From assembly GCA_963810275.1 (NCBI GenBank), contig CAWENF010000003.1, forward strand, positions 32,001-96,000: DNA of 64,000 bases, given 5' to 3'. Both the position numbers and the translations under genes were made by a program. Position 1 is the stretch's first letter, and each line of letters begins with the position of its first letter. A model generated the notes under the pieces. That model saw only the letters and a program-made list of their open reading frames with translations, was not told the DNA's origin and did no database searches. This DNA comes from an uncultured archaeon (GTDB lineage: Archaea; Thermoproteota; Bathyarchaeia; Bathyarchaeales; Bathycorpusculaceae). Shown in pieces: positions 10,347 to 21,417 of this stretch.

Positions 10347-11603
10347 TCACTTTGTATATATGTAACTCGAAAGTGTTTCAAAATATTTATCCCATGTAAA
10401 ATCTCGAGGGTTTATCTTTGTGTTAATCCTCGCGTTCAAAGCAGAACGTAATCCTTCTGCAAAGCAATCCACTGAGGGATAAGCTTGAAAGACATAACCA
10501 CTAGTAAGTACCTTCGGCTCTATCTCCATTTCAGTAGAACAAACTATCTTATTTTGTTGAGCTAGTGCTTCGTAAACTGTGATGGCGTAATCACCCCAGC
10601 CTGGATAGGCAAAGATCTCGCTTGCATAATAATAGTTAAGCAAGTCCTCTTCATCAATAAAGCCGACAAATATTATTTTATTTGATACACCAGAGTCTCT
10701 GGCTAAATTTTTCAAACGTTTCTCATCAGGACCTCGTCCACCAATAACTAGGACAATATCTGGGAATTCCTTCGATATCTTCAAAAAAGATTTAATGAGC
10801 AAATCAATCCTTTTTCTCGAGTCTAGTCGGCTAATGGTAAGAATGACTCTTTTGCCTGAAACATTTAACCTTTTTTTAATATCTGAAGAAGGCAGAAAAT
10901 TAACCATACTTTCTGAGATAGGGGAAATAGGGAGAACAACAGCCGATTTATTATAGATTTTTTTTACTTCCCACGCCATATGGTTAGAGAGAACAAAGAC
11001 CTTTTTGGCACGTCTAATTGCGATAAAATCCAGAATAGCGAGAGCCTCTATACCAAATTGCTTAAGTAAGCTCATCTTGATTTTTGGCTTGATGAACTCT
11101 TTATGCCCTGGAACCGAATTTCTGATTATTGAAAATACCCTTTTATGAATTAAAGAGTATTTTATTAAATCTTTATCAAGCCAAAAAATGGATCCATGCA
11201 AATGCAGAACATAGTGTATAGGTGTGAAAAGAGTAGCTAAGTATAATTCGATCCAACCAGCCCAACAGCATCCAATGACAACATCTGGAGACAACTTTTT
11301 AAGTTTACTCCTTAAGGCAAGGACCCTGCGTATTGCAGATAAGGGAGACATATAACTCGCATTCTTATACCCTTGCCAACGAACAATATCTAGCTCTTCT
11401 AACTCCTCGTTTCCAAAGAGCGCTTCTTTTTCCGCTTTAAATGTTAACAAATGAGTTTCCGTAACGCCACCAAAGTATTTTGCCTCTTCAATAGCAACTC
11501 GCTCAGCGCCACCCGCGCCACTAAGTTGGCCATAAAGGATTACAATACATTGGGAATTTACCATATTACAGACCATTTTTCTATAGATAAAAACATAAGC
11601 CAT
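10347..11603 (-). CDS. Glycosyltransferase family 4
   Basis: GGAERV, ISRLDSRKRID, YEALA motifs. Confidence 0.88.
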   Translation of the reverse strand: MAYVFIYRKMVCNMVNSQCIVILYGQLSGAGGAERVAIEEAKYFGGVTETHLLTFKAEKEALFGNEELEELDIVRWQGYKNASYMSPLSAIRRVLALRSKLKKLSPDVVIGCCWAGWIELYLATLFTPIHYVLHLHGSIFWLDKDLIKYSLIHKRVFSIIRNSVPGHKEFIKPKIKMSLLKQFGIEALAILDFIAIRRAKKVFVLSNHMAWEVKKIYNKSAVVLPISPISESMVNFLPSSDIKKRLNVSGKRVILTISRLDSRKRIDLLIKSFLKISKEFPDIVLVIGGRGPDEKRLKNLARDSGVSNKIIFVGFIDEEDLLNYYYASEIFAYPGWGDYAITVYEALAQQNKIVCSTEMEIEPKVLTSGYVFQAYPSVDCFAEGLRSALNARINTKINPRDFTWDKYFETLSSYIYTK

Positions 11604-11631
11604 TCTCTAATTTATTAAGCTACATCAAAGT

Positions 11632-12789
11632 CTAATTTTTAAGATTCTTGTACAATTGAGCAAATTTACGTTTTGTCTTAGAACTGTCATGATATTTTTT
11701 AATGAACTTCAGGGCATTATCAATCAACCTTTCTTTTAATGATTTTTCAACAATCAGTTCATCAATGGCTTCAACAATACTTTTTGAATCACCCTCCACA
11801 AGCATCGCGTTTTCTCGGTGGATAAACCAACTAGAACAACCAAACTCATTGGAACTAAGTAATATAGGGACACCACACGCCATTGCCTCAAGCGCAGCAG
11901 ATGGCAGCCCCTCAATGTTACTAGGCAAAACAAAAAAATCAGCTGATCGCAGTAATCCGGGAATATCATCTGGGTTTATCGAACCATAAAAAAAAACACT
12001 TTCACTCAGATTCAACATCGAAACTTTCAACCTAAGTAAATTTTCGTCTGGACCTTCGCCTACAACGTAATATTTTATATTGGGATATTTACCTTTAAGC
12101 AAACTAACTGCTTCTATTACACTCTCGATATTTTTTTGCTTATCAAGTCTAGCCACGGTAATCAGTTTAGGATAAGATGAATTCACTAATGAGGGTAAAA
12201 CCTGAGAATTGAATTTCGAAAGATCAATTCCTTGACTTAGTAATACTTGTTTCTTAGTCAACACTTTGGAATACCATACCATGTCTCGATTGACTATTAT
12301 TCTATCGGCAAAAGTAAAAGTAAGTCGTTCCTGCAAACTAATTATTCTCGCGATTAAAGGGCCAATGGTATATCTTTTTTTTACCAAAAATCTTGTAGGC
12401 TCGGATATTCTAATAATAGTCTTTCTTCCTCTAAGTTTACCTGCAAAAGAAGCAATAAATCCTGAGTAAGGATGTCCTCCCAAACTAACAATTACTCTAT
12501 TTTTTGAGGATTTTTGGACGGTCATAAACAATGCATATAACAGATAAGTTGCATACCCAAGAAAGAGTTGCCCTCCTTTTGCATGAGGATAGAAAGGGAT
12601 TGAATATATATGACTATATTTTTGGCGTAGAGTCTTTAGGCCTGATTCACTACCGATAATATAAATATCAAAAATTGATTTATCGATATGCTTCTCTATG
12701 AGCGGAACGTACTTTTGGATATAACCATTTTCATTGAAAGCAGGTTCAAGAACAAGCAGGAGTTCCTCTTTTATTACAGTATCTAACAA
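11632..12789 (-). CDS. Glycosyltransferase family 4
   Basis: VARLDKQKN, EGLPSAALEAMACGVP. Confidence 0.9.
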   Translation of the reverse strand: MLDTVIKEELLLVLEPAFNENGYIQKYVPLIEKHIDKSIFDIYIIGSESGLKTLRQKYSHIYSIPFYPHAKGGQLFLGYATYLLYALFMTVQKSSKNRVIVSLGGHPYSGFIASFAGKLRGRKTIIRISEPTRFLVKKRYTIGPLIARIISLQERLTFTFADRIIVNRDMVWYSKVLTKKQVLLSQGIDLSKFNSQVLPSLVNSSYPKLITVARLDKQKNIESVIEAVSLLKGKYPNIKYYVVGEGPDENLLRLKVSMLNLSESVFFYGSINPDDIPGLLRSADFFVLPSNIEGLPSAALEAMACGVPILLSSNEFGCSSWFIHRENAMLVEGDSKSIVEAIDELIVEKSLKERLIDNALKFIKKYHDSSKTKRKFAQLYKNLKN

Positions 12790-12813
12790 ATTACCACCAA
12801 TTTAGTTCCAAAT

Positions 12814-13941
12814 TCATATGTTGCCGTTCTTCTCATTAACCGCTTGAAGGTAGACCGAATCAAGACTATCAAGAACATTTTGCCAACCAAACCTGTCAAT
12901 AGCAGCCTGTCGTGCATTTGAGCCCAACTCTTTCCTAAGCGACAAGTTATCAAGCAAGTCCAGTATTGCACTAGCTAAGGCTCTTGAATTTTTTGCGGGA
13001 ACAAGAAGGCCACTTTTGTGATTATCGATTATACAGTTAACCCCAGGAATATCTGAAGCAACTATTGGAGCCGCACTTGCCGCAGCTTCTAGTACCGAAA
13101 CAGGCAAACCTTCTTTTATAGATGGAAAAACAAACACCGTTGCCTTACCTAAAATACTGGCAATTCTCTCTCGAGGCAAACTATCGCTGATAATAACGAA
13201 ACCTTCAAGGTCATAACTTTTTACCATGAGCCTGAGTTTACTTTTAAGGGGGCCATAACCAATCAACAATAACTTTGCTTCATTGTTCTTTTCATGAATA
13301 ATTTTTGCAGCCTCAATCAAATACTCAAGTCCCTTTTCCGGAACAAAGCGACCAGCCCAAACTATAAGATTAGACTCTCTTTGGGCAGAGGGCTTAAAAA
13401 GCCCAGTGTCAACACCATTTGGAATAATACTGATTTTTTCTGCTGGAAAACCAAATTTACTAATCTCTGCAGCCTCATCATAAGTAAGGCAAATAATTCT
13501 ATTTGCTTTTCTGAAAACACGACTGATTGCACGCAAGTAAGTCTTTTGAGCATAATTAACCGCAAGCCCCCTATCTGCATATACTCCATGTACGGAAATT
13601 ATAAAAGGGCAAGCTAATTTTTCAGCAATTCTCAATGATTGAACAGAAGGTAAAAACAGATGCGACTCAGCATGAATAATATCAGGGTTAATTTGTTTAA
13701 GTGTCGATGATAATGTCGGAAGACACGGATAATCTTGGACTTTTCCCTTCAAAGCAAAATTCACTCCATTTAGTCGATGAATATAAAAATTATCAGACAA
13801 AATTTCGCTTTGACGCCCATTTTTATTCCAAGTTACTACATGAACCTCATTACCACGTTTTTTCTGCTGTTCAGATAATTCATAAAAATAATCACGCGGC
13901 ATATCTGGAAAAAACAAATGCCTAATTCTTGCGATACGCAT
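12814..13941 (-). CDS. Glycosyltransferase family 4
   Basis: IPNGVD, GRFVPEKG, EGLPVSVLEAAAS. Confidence 0.92.
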   Translation of the reverse strand: MRIARIRHLFFPDMPRDYFYELSEQQKKRGNEVHVVTWNKNGRQSEILSDNFYIHRLNGVNFALKGKVQDYPCLPTLSSTLKQINPDIIHAESHLFLPSVQSLRIAEKLACPFIISVHGVYADRGLAVNYAQKTYLRAISRVFRKANRIICLTYDEAAEISKFGFPAEKISIIPNGVDTGLFKPSAQRESNLIVWAGRFVPEKGLEYLIEAAKIIHEKNNEAKLLLIGYGPLKSKLRLMVKSYDLEGFVIISDSLPRERIASILGKATVFVFPSIKEGLPVSVLEAAASAAPIVASDIPGVNCIIDNHKSGLLVPAKNSRALASAILDLLDNLSLRKELGSNARQAAIDRFGWQNVLDSLDSVYLQAVNEKNGNI

Positions 13942-13943
13942 GA

Positions 13944-14900
13944 CTACGCACTAATTTTATTATTTATTCTCGTTAACGCATATAATGTGATGGCAGTCGA
14001 CAGCATAAAAAAGCCAATAAGAAGGAAAGCAATAGCCGCTAATGCTATATTGGTTATAATCCGTTGTTCAATAGCATAAAGATTAAACATCCAAATACCA
14101 AAAAAAACGCCAATAATAAGAGAGAATACTCCGGGCACTCCTAAATATGTAATCGGTCTGTCTTCAACAACCAAACGTACGAGATTCATTATAAGACTTA
14201 TTCCATGTGACCATGGATGTTCAGACGACGTCTCATTTTCTAGACTACCATATTTACAGGAAATCGGGACTTCACACATACGAAGCTGGGTTTTATTTAT
14301 CTTATGAAGAATCTCAATACTGGCGCTCATACCCTTATTAGAAAAAGAACCCAACTGATCCAGGGCAAGTCTACTGTAAGCTCTAAAGCCACTTTGGGCA
14401 TCGCTTACGCTATTTTTACCTGTGCCATTGCTTAAAGTTGTGATGACTTTAATTCCTATTTTTCTATAACGAGGCATTTCAGCACAACCAGCTTTATCTG
14501 TAAAGCGGCTTCCTAAAACAACCTCTGCCATACCTTTCTTGATAGGCTCAACCAGCAGAGGAATCTGCGCAGGGTCATGTTGACCATCAGAATCGAAAGT
14601 AACTAAAACATCAGCATTCAACATCTTGGCTTTTTTAAACAAGCTCTGTAGTGCAGCTCCATAACCTTTGTTTCGTTCATGACGAATTACCACTGCCCCT
14701 AGTCGCTCAGCGATTTCACCTGTTAAATCGGCCGAACCATCATCACAAACAATAACTATATCCGAAAACTTTTGTGCTTCCATAACCACTCGAGCGATAG
14801 CTTTCTCCTCATTGTAAGCTGGAATTCCAGCTACAACTAGAAGACCTGACTTGTTAAGATTTAAGTTAGGCAAATTAATGGCTTCTTCAATGATTACCAT
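13944..14900 (-). CDS. Glycosyltransferase family 2, dolichol-phosphate hexosyltransferase-like (DPM1/AglJ-like) with two C-terminal TMs
   Basis: IPAYNEE, DDGS.D, N.GYGAA, DSDGQHDP, DAQSGFRAY. Confidence 0.88.
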   Translation of the reverse strand: MVIIEEAINLPNLNLNKSGLLVVAGIPAYNEEKAIARVVMEAQKFSDIVIVCDDGSADLTGEIAERLGAVVIRHERNKGYGAALQSLFKKAKMLNADVLVTFDSDGQHDPAQIPLLVEPIKKGMAEVVLGSRFTDKAGCAEMPRYRKIGIKVITTLSNGTGKNSVSDAQSGFRAYSRLALDQLGSFSNKGMSASIEILHKINKTQLRMCEVPISCKYGSLENETSSEHPWSHGISLIMNLVRLVVEDRPITYLGVPGVFSLIIGVFFGIWMFNLYAIEQRIITNIALAAIAFLLIGFFMLSTAITLYALTRINNKISA

Positions 14901-15007
14901 TTTTGTACAAATGCCTCTTGTGTTAGCAATTCTTCTAAGCCAATTTTTAACGGAAGCTTTGGCACATATCCTAATAATGTTTTAACATAAATAGTTTCAA
15001 TTCTCAT

Positions 15008-15373
15008 CTATTTATTCGCCTGCAACATTGCCAAGTATAATGCAAACGACCAATCAGTTGACCAGCGTTTCGCGATTAGGTTTCCCCAGTTCTGGGCTAT
15101 TTGACTTGTTTTCTCTGCAAGTTCTCGTCCCACCGTTCTGCTTAATCGATGGAATTGGCTATAAATTATTCTTTCCAGTTTGCCTATGATAACAAAGATT
15201 CTATTAGCTAGGTATGCACTGCAAATGTTTTTTGCTACTTTTATCGTTAAATCTACAAGCACTCGGTCTATTCTATGTAATACTCTAAACCATACTCCTG
15301 CACGTATGGCTTTTCGCTTAAGTTTAGATAGCCGCCTTCTATCTAGCAAAGTGGAAGTCGCTTTTTGAGCCAT
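15008..15373 (-). CDS. Small basic hypothetical protein
   Basis: 121-aa R/K-rich ORF co-oriented within the cluster. Confidence 0.6.
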   Translation of the reverse strand: MAQKATSTLLDRRRLSKLKRKAIRAGVWFRVLHRIDRVLVDLTIKVAKNICSAYLANRIFVIIGKLERIIYSQFHRLSRTVGRELAEKTSQIAQNWGNLIAKRWSTDWSFALYLAMLQANK

Positions 15374-15482
15374 GCCCTATTCTGAAGCTCCGATGAACCC
15401 TCCTATCCGTATATACATTTAAAAAAGCTTATGGTAATAACACCTTTTAATATATAATTTTAAGAATAGAAGGAGATCTTAC

Positions 15483-17009
15483 TTAGTCGGACTTAATGAA
15501 GGAAAATACAGCCATCTCGCCAGACTGATAAACCTCCTTGAATTCAGGGGGGAGCGATGAAATACCATACCAACCTTCTCCGCTTACCCACCATACTGTG
15601 TATACTGTGTTATTGCCAGCGTCTAAAGCTACCTTTGAAGAATTAACCATGTCGACGACAAGTTTAGTCTCATTCTGAATGTGCGTAGCCAGTGAACCAT
15701 GATTTACAATTACTATAGGAATTCTATGGACATAGAGTCTAGCTAAATCATACAGCCCATAATGAAGAATTAAAACAGAATCGTTGTTATAATTGCTATC
15801 TACCCAATTTAAACATGCAAGCAAAGATGGAATATTGGATATTGGTACAACATTTTGCACCATCGAAGATGGAACAAACGCCAGATATGAATTATATTTC
15901 GAAAAAATTGGAATCTGATCTTCGGGGGGGGCTGCCAAATAAAATCCAGATAAAACTATTAAAAATATAATATAAACTAACGCAAAAAGTTTAGGTACTT
16001 GGCGCCTGATTCTATTCTGATGATCTTTCCATATGCTCCAAAGTCTATCGAGACCTTCAACGGCAAAAAAGAGCAAGGGATATACGAGCAAAAAAACCCA
16101 GCGTTGCCAATCATATAACGGCAGATTTGTGGAAACCATAAGTAATACTACAGCACCCAAACACCATACAACCCAAAGCCTTAAAGACCAGTCTTTCACA
16201 CGCTTAAAACCAATTGCAGCCAAAGGCAGTATCAAAAAGTAACAATACAGAAACAACCCACCCATATATAGAGCCAAAGAAATTGAAGCCTCAGATGCAA
16301 CATTGACCGAAGGTATATCTAAGCCACCTGTGCTTTGCATATATATCTTAAACAAGAACAAACCAAAAGCCAAACTAATTGCTACAAAAGAATAAATGAA
16401 ATCATTATGTCTTCTTTTAATTAGAAGAATCAAGGTTTCAACTCCCAAAATAAAAAACAAAATAACTGAAATTAACTGATGGCTCAAAACAGTTAACAGG
16501 ATAAACACAGAAGCATAAGCATACCGTTTTGGCGAATTATAGGTCTTCAAAACTATCAAAGTGGCAAATAAGAAAATCAATGCAAAACTTTGGGCATAGC
16601 GATCCCAAGAAATGCGCAATGAAACGAAATAAAGGGCAATGAAAAGAGCTACAAGAAAAGACTTGAACCCGCCCCAACCTAAACCACGTCTAGCATACAG
16701 AAAGGCCATTATGCATACTAAGCCCATAAGCAATGGTCCAAAAATTTTTATTACTAAGACGGGGTCACCCAGTAACCAATAGGCTACTGTTCCAAAAGAA
16801 TAGAACAACTGATAATCAACCAAAGCTGAAAAACTAGATAAAGCCTGACCTGACTCTATAATTGGAATGTAATGCAGGGTATCCAAACCGAGAGGGTATG
16901 GCCAAGACAATATTTCAGGTATAAACCGCAGCAACAGTGGAACAAAGAAAGACAAAAGAATCCAACTATTATGCCTCAAAAAGGGCAAAAAATTGCTGGA
17001 CTTATTCAT
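15483..17009 (-). CDS. Polytopic membrane protein, GT-C fold-like; paralog of 17203-18717
   Basis: PYPLGLDTLHY, LRISWD, VWWVSGEGWYG shared with neighbour. Confidence 0.6.
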   Translation of the reverse strand: MNKSSNFLPFLRHNSWILLSFFVPLLLRFIPEILSWPYPLGLDTLHYIPIIESGQALSSFSALVDYQLFYSFGTVAYWLLGDPVLVIKIFGPLLMGLVCIMAFLYARRGLGWGGFKSFLVALFIALYFVSLRISWDRYAQSFALIFLFATLIVLKTYNSPKRYAYASVFILLTVLSHQLISVILFFILGVETLILLIKRRHNDFIYSFVAISLAFGLFLFKIYMQSTGGLDIPSVNVASEASISLALYMGGLFLYCYFLILPLAAIGFKRVKDWSLRLWVVWCLGAVVLLMVSTNLPLYDWQRWVFLLVYPLLFFAVEGLDRLWSIWKDHQNRIRRQVPKLFALVYIIFLIVLSGFYLAAPPEDQIPIFSKYNSYLAFVPSSMVQNVVPISNIPSLLACLNWVDSNYNNDSVLILHYGLYDLARLYVHRIPIVIVNHGSLATHIQNETKLVVDMVNSSKVALDAGNNTVYTVWWVSGEGWYGISSLPPEFKEVYQSGEMAVFSFIKSD

Positions 17010-17202
17010 TAATCAGCCTCAAACAAACCTTTGATACTTGGGAATAAGCAAACTCTAGAGCTACACCGAAGAATTTGCTCAGAGGTATATAGATTATTGC
17101 CATACTTAGCCACCCAAACAAGTTATTTTCCAGAGCAGAAACTATTATAGTTAACGTTCAAAAACTTAGTGCGTCGTCCCATCATGCAAACATAACCCAA
17201 AA

Positions 17203-18717
17203 CTATTCAAAATATTGGTAAACTGCAATTCTCCCAGATACGTGGACCTCATGAAAGGCAGAAGAAACATTACTCTGTCCATACCAACCCTGTCCATTAA
17301 CCCACCAAACTAAATAAATGGACCCATTGACCTGGGATAAAACACAGGGCGCAACTTCTGAAGGGTTATCATACTCATAAAGTATGAGTTGACTGCTGTT
17401 TAGATAGTAAATCTCCCACCCATAAAAGGCTCTATGAGACAACAACCGATCACTGCCTATCATATTGATGCTTAACCACTCCATTGCAGAGGTAACATCG
17501 GGACAATCAGAAATTGAAACAGTATTTTGGAGCATTGAAGTCGGCAACTGATAAACAAAAGGATTAACATCATCCGAAAAATAGAAAAAAGGTTGTTCAG
17601 CCGTACCCAATATTAATCCTCCGCTGAAAACAGAAGTAACTACAACAAGAAAAACCAAGCTACTTGAAAGCAACTTTAAACCGCTATGCTGTACTGAACG
17701 CATTCTAAGCCGATCCACTCCTGCTATAACAAAAAATGCCAAGGGATAAACAAGCAGCATAGCCCAACGTAGGTTACTGGGACTAACTAGAGGAACAAAA
17801 GACAATATGAGGCATATCAACGCCCAGAAAATCAGTTGGAGATTTGAAAACTTACGCAAACCCAAAAACGCAAAAGGTATTAGAGGTAGGAAGCAGAATA
17901 GCAAAAAAATTGTTGTGCTAACAAACAATGCCAAGTATGAAGAGAAACCAAACAGCGCCAACCAGCCGTCAGTTTGCGAAAAACCGAATATCAAACGAAA
18001 CTCAGGTACACTCGAACTAAAAAAGAAAACACTCAAGAAAACTGCGACAGCGGGCAAACACACAACAAACAACCGCTTCGCTTCAACAAATTTCTTCGCT
18101 ACGAAGCGATGCATCAAGGTTAACCCAATGATGCCTAACAAGATTGCGGCAAGCAACTGTTCTGAAAGCACCACAAAAACCATGACCAAAGCAAGCACTA
18201 AATACCGTTTTGCTGAACCAGAAAAAGGTCTACTAAAACCAAACAACATCAAAGCCAAAAACAAAAAGATGAGCGCAAGCTCACTTCGAAGCATATCCCA
18301 AGAAATCCTTAACGCCACAAAATATAGCGACGCCAGAAGCGCCACAGCTAAACTCTTAACATAGCCCCATCCTAAACCCTGACGAGCAAAACCGAAAATA
18401 GATAAACCCAAAAACCCATGAAGAACAACCGCAAGCACCTTTAAAACCATAAAAAGCGAACCACCACCAGAAAATACCAAAAGCACAATAGCGTAAAACA
18501 AAGGTGCAGTACCAAAAAAACCGCCTAAATCAATATTGCCATTATTCCAATTCTCAACAGTAGGCACGTAGTGAGCCATTATGTCAAAACCTGTAACATA
18601 AGGACCCATCAAAACTTCAGGTACAGCACGCACAAATAAAGGGATAAGAAAAGCAAGCAACGGAAACAGCCAACCATACCTGAAGACACTGATCAGCTTA
18701 CCATGCAAACCCAGCAT
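17203..18717 (-). CDS. Polytopic membrane protein, GT-C fold-like; paralog of 15483-17009
   Basis: PYVTGFDIMAHY, LRISWD, VWWVNGQGWYG. Confidence 0.6.
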   Translation of the reverse strand: MLGLHGKLISVFRYGWLFPLLAFLIPLFVRAVPEVLMGPYVTGFDIMAHYVPTVENWNNGNIDLGGFFGTAPLFYAIVLLVFSGGGSLFMVLKVLAVVLHGFLGLSIFGFARQGLGWGYVKSLAVALLASLYFVALRISWDMLRSELALIFLFLALMLFGFSRPFSGSAKRYLVLALVMVFVVLSEQLLAAILLGIIGLTLMHRFVAKKFVEAKRLFVVCLPAVAVFLSVFFFSSSVPEFRLIFGFSQTDGWLALFGFSSYLALFVSTTIFLLFCFLPLIPFAFLGLRKFSNLQLIFWALICLILSFVPLVSPSNLRWAMLLVYPLAFFVIAGVDRLRMRSVQHSGLKLLSSSLVFLVVVTSVFSGGLILGTAEQPFFYFSDDVNPFVYQLPTSMLQNTVSISDCPDVTSAMEWLSINMIGSDRLLSHRAFYGWEIYYLNSSQLILYEYDNPSEVAPCVLSQVNGSIYLVWWVNGQGWYGQSNVSSAFHEVHVSGRIAVYQYFE

Positions 18718-18766
18718 TTCTTATCCCAAATATTAGGTAATAAAAGCCTAAGTAACTACACAAACA

Positions 18767-19930
18767 TTAAGAAGCTTTGCTTTTAAGCAAATCAAAATAC
18801 AACCGCTCATACTGTTTGGCAACAGAACCCCAGCATTCACGCCTAGCAAATTGAAGATTCTGCCAACACATCTTTTCTGTAACGTCAGAATCATAAAGCA
18901 CATCTAAAATAGCTTTTTTGAAGCTTTTTACATCGCCTTCTGGAACTAAAAGCGCTGAGGCGCCTTCATTTACCAATTCTTTTATTTCAGGCAATGCGGA
19001 AGCAACAATGGGTTTTCCAAACCCGCAAGCCAAATGAAAAACGCCGCTTGTTCCAGTAGCCGTTGCATAGGGTAAAACAACAACATCAGAGCCGCAAAAT
19101 ACTTTTTCCACATTTTCTTGAGGGACATAACCCAAAAACTCCACACCTTTGGGTGCAACAGCCCTCAAATCAGACAAATAACTCGGATAGTTAGGGTGAC
19201 TTTCTCCGGCCAAAACCAATTTTATTCCAGGAGTTTCTTTTGAAATTTGCTCGTAAGCCTCAAAAAGCGTCGGCAACCCTTTAAAAGGGCTCATGTGCCC
19301 AAACATCAACACAACTTTATCTGATTTCTTATTACAATGAACTAAACGATCCACATTAGAGAGAACTGTGCCATGTGGGATGTAACTAATATTTTTTGAA
19401 CTAAACCGTTTTTGGATATCCTCGGCATACCACCGAACAGGAGTAACTAAACTAGAAGATAAAACAGCGTGCCGCATAGCCAAAAAAATGCCTACACGGT
19501 TTATAAAGCTGGACTTGATTTTTAACTTCTCAAAGTTCACTCTGTCAGCTAAGTTATGAAGTAAAACGACAGTTCGCAACTTAAACAAGCGACATAAACC
19601 AATTAAGGCGAAACCAAAGAAATTAGATAAACGGCTATTTCCATAACTCTGAAAATGCAAATTAAAATGCACTATATCCGGCTTTAAACCCAAAATAATC
19701 TTAATTAGCCTCAAAATAGAAATCGGGTTGTCACCCCGCCAAACTCTAAAAACTTCAATCTTGCCTTCAGCACCAACCACCTCGTGGCTGCTTGCGCCAT
19801 TAACAACATCAGATAATACATAGACTTTGCTAATTGCCGCTCTTGCAGCTATCGCCTCTACTAAATTCTGGGCATACTCGCTTAGACGGGCGTGAGTAGG
19901 TGGATAACAAGACACAAAGCAAACACGCAT
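18767..19930 (-). CDS. Glycosyltransferase family 4
   Basis: IPHG, FGHMSPFKG, VLPY....SGV..LA..FGKPIVAS. Confidence 0.88.
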   Translation of the reverse strand: MRVCFVSCYPPTHARLSEYAQNLVEAIAARAAISKVYVLSDVVNGASSHEVVGAEGKIEVFRVWRGDNPISILRLIKIILGLKPDIVHFNLHFQSYGNSRLSNFFGFALIGLCRLFKLRTVVLLHNLADRVNFEKLKIKSSFINRVGIFLAMRHAVLSSSLVTPVRWYAEDIQKRFSSKNISYIPHGTVLSNVDRLVHCNKKSDKVVLMFGHMSPFKGLPTLFEAYEQISKETPGIKLVLAGESHPNYPSYLSDLRAVAPKGVEFLGYVPQENVEKVFCGSDVVVLPYATATGTSGVFHLACGFGKPIVASALPEIKELVNEGASALLVPEGDVKSFKKAILDVLYDSDVTEKMCWQNLQFARRECWGSVAKQYERLYFDLLKSKAS

Positions 19931-20234
19931 CTATGGACTTCACAAAACATTATGCCACGGCGCATTTTAATAAGGTTTTAGTCAAAAGTAAGAAAGAAAA
20001 ATCACAAACAAGATACCGGCACTAGACTCAAAATCCCAACCCGCAAAAAATAGATCCAAACACTAAAACAAAGTTGTTGTTGTTGCTGCATCTATTCACC
20101 CACTAGCTGTTGCAACAACTACAATCAATCCAAAATTATTCATCTTAACGCTGATAAGAAACATAATCTAACCATAACTCGAACCATCAGCAGTTACAGC
20201 TCCCTTAACAAACTCACGTAGACATCTCTCTCAC

Positions 20235-21182
20235 TCAACCGACCTGATTTTCGGAGACCTTCAAAGCATACAAACCACGCAAACCCTCATTCAAACTAAT
20301 AGAAGGCTCAAAACCTAGCATGCGCCGCATCTTAGAAATATCGGCATAACTATTCTTAATGTCACCGCCACGCTCACCAACAAAGTTAATGTCAAGTTTC
20401 TGTTTGGACAACTTTAGTATTGTTTCAGCCAACTGCTTAATAGTTGTAGACTGACCCGAACCCACATTAAAGATTTCACCTGACACCGAACGCTCAACGC
20501 TAGCAACCACTGCAGCTGCAACATCCCGCACATTAACAAAATCCCTAGTCTGCAAACCATCACCATAAACTGTCAGAGGTTTTTTCTGGATACAACAATC
20601 CATAAAACGGGTTATCACGCCGCTATAATCGTTGAGTGGCTGCCGAGGACCATAAACGTTGAAAAACCTCAAGACCACAGTCTGCAACAAACCTCGAGCG
20701 CTAAAACCTTGGGTGTAGCGTTCGCCTAAAAGTTTAGACTCAGCATAAGGCGAAATAGGATTAGTTCTTATGTCCTCGGTCACAGGCAAAACTTCAGGAT
20801 CACCGCAAACTGCGCAGCTGGAAACAAACACAAACCTGGAAACGCCAGTTTCAGCGCTCAGCTTAAGCATATTTTGTGTACCATTCAAGTTTATATCAAA
20901 AGTCAACTCTGGATTCTTAACCGAAATTGGTACGCTAACCAAAGCGGCAAAATGAGCCACCGCATCAATACCCCGTAAGCATTCCTTAACAACAATTGGG
21001 TCCCGAATGTCACCTTTAACTAACTCAGCTTTACCTGAATTCAAATGGACCTCAACATTACGAATGTCACCTGAAGATAAGTCGTCCAAGATTCTAACGT
21101 TATGTCCCTCTTTGATTAAGCAATCAACCGTGTGGCTACCTATGAAGCCTGCGCCGCCTGTGACTAAAACCGTTCGTGACAT
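20235..21182 (-). CDS. UDP-glucose/GlcNAc 4-epimerase-like SDR
   Basis: LVTGGAGFIGSH, SPYAESK, LRFFNVYGPRQ, GDGLQTRDF. Confidence 0.88.
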   Translation of the reverse strand: MSRTVLVTGGAGFIGSHTVDCLIKEGHNVRILDDLSSGDIRNVEVHLNSGKAELVKGDIRDPIVVKECLRGIDAVAHFAALVSVPISVKNPELTFDINLNGTQNMLKLSAETGVSRFVFVSSCAVCGDPEVLPVTEDIRTNPISPYAESKLLGERYTQGFSARGLLQTVVLRFFNVYGPRQPLNDYSGVITRFMDCCIQKKPLTVYGDGLQTRDFVNVRDVAAAVVASVERSVSGEIFNVGSGQSTTIKQLAETILKLSKQKLDINFVGERGGDIKNSYADISKMRRMLGFEPSISLNEGLRGLYALKVSENQVG

Positions 21183-21417
21183 AGACGTAATGGTGCACCT
21201 GCTTGTTATTGTATATTACATTAGAAAAAACTTAAAACACCAACAATCCAATCTTAGAGTTAACTATTGGTTTTCATTTTTCTAATATAAGCCCAAAAAC
21301 GACAGCGATGACTTCGGGATCGCCAAAATTTATTATTAATAATTATGCCAATTAACCCCTGCAGCTAACACTTGCTTCAGTGGAAATATTCAATCTCTGC
21401 ATGTGTACTGTACAAAT

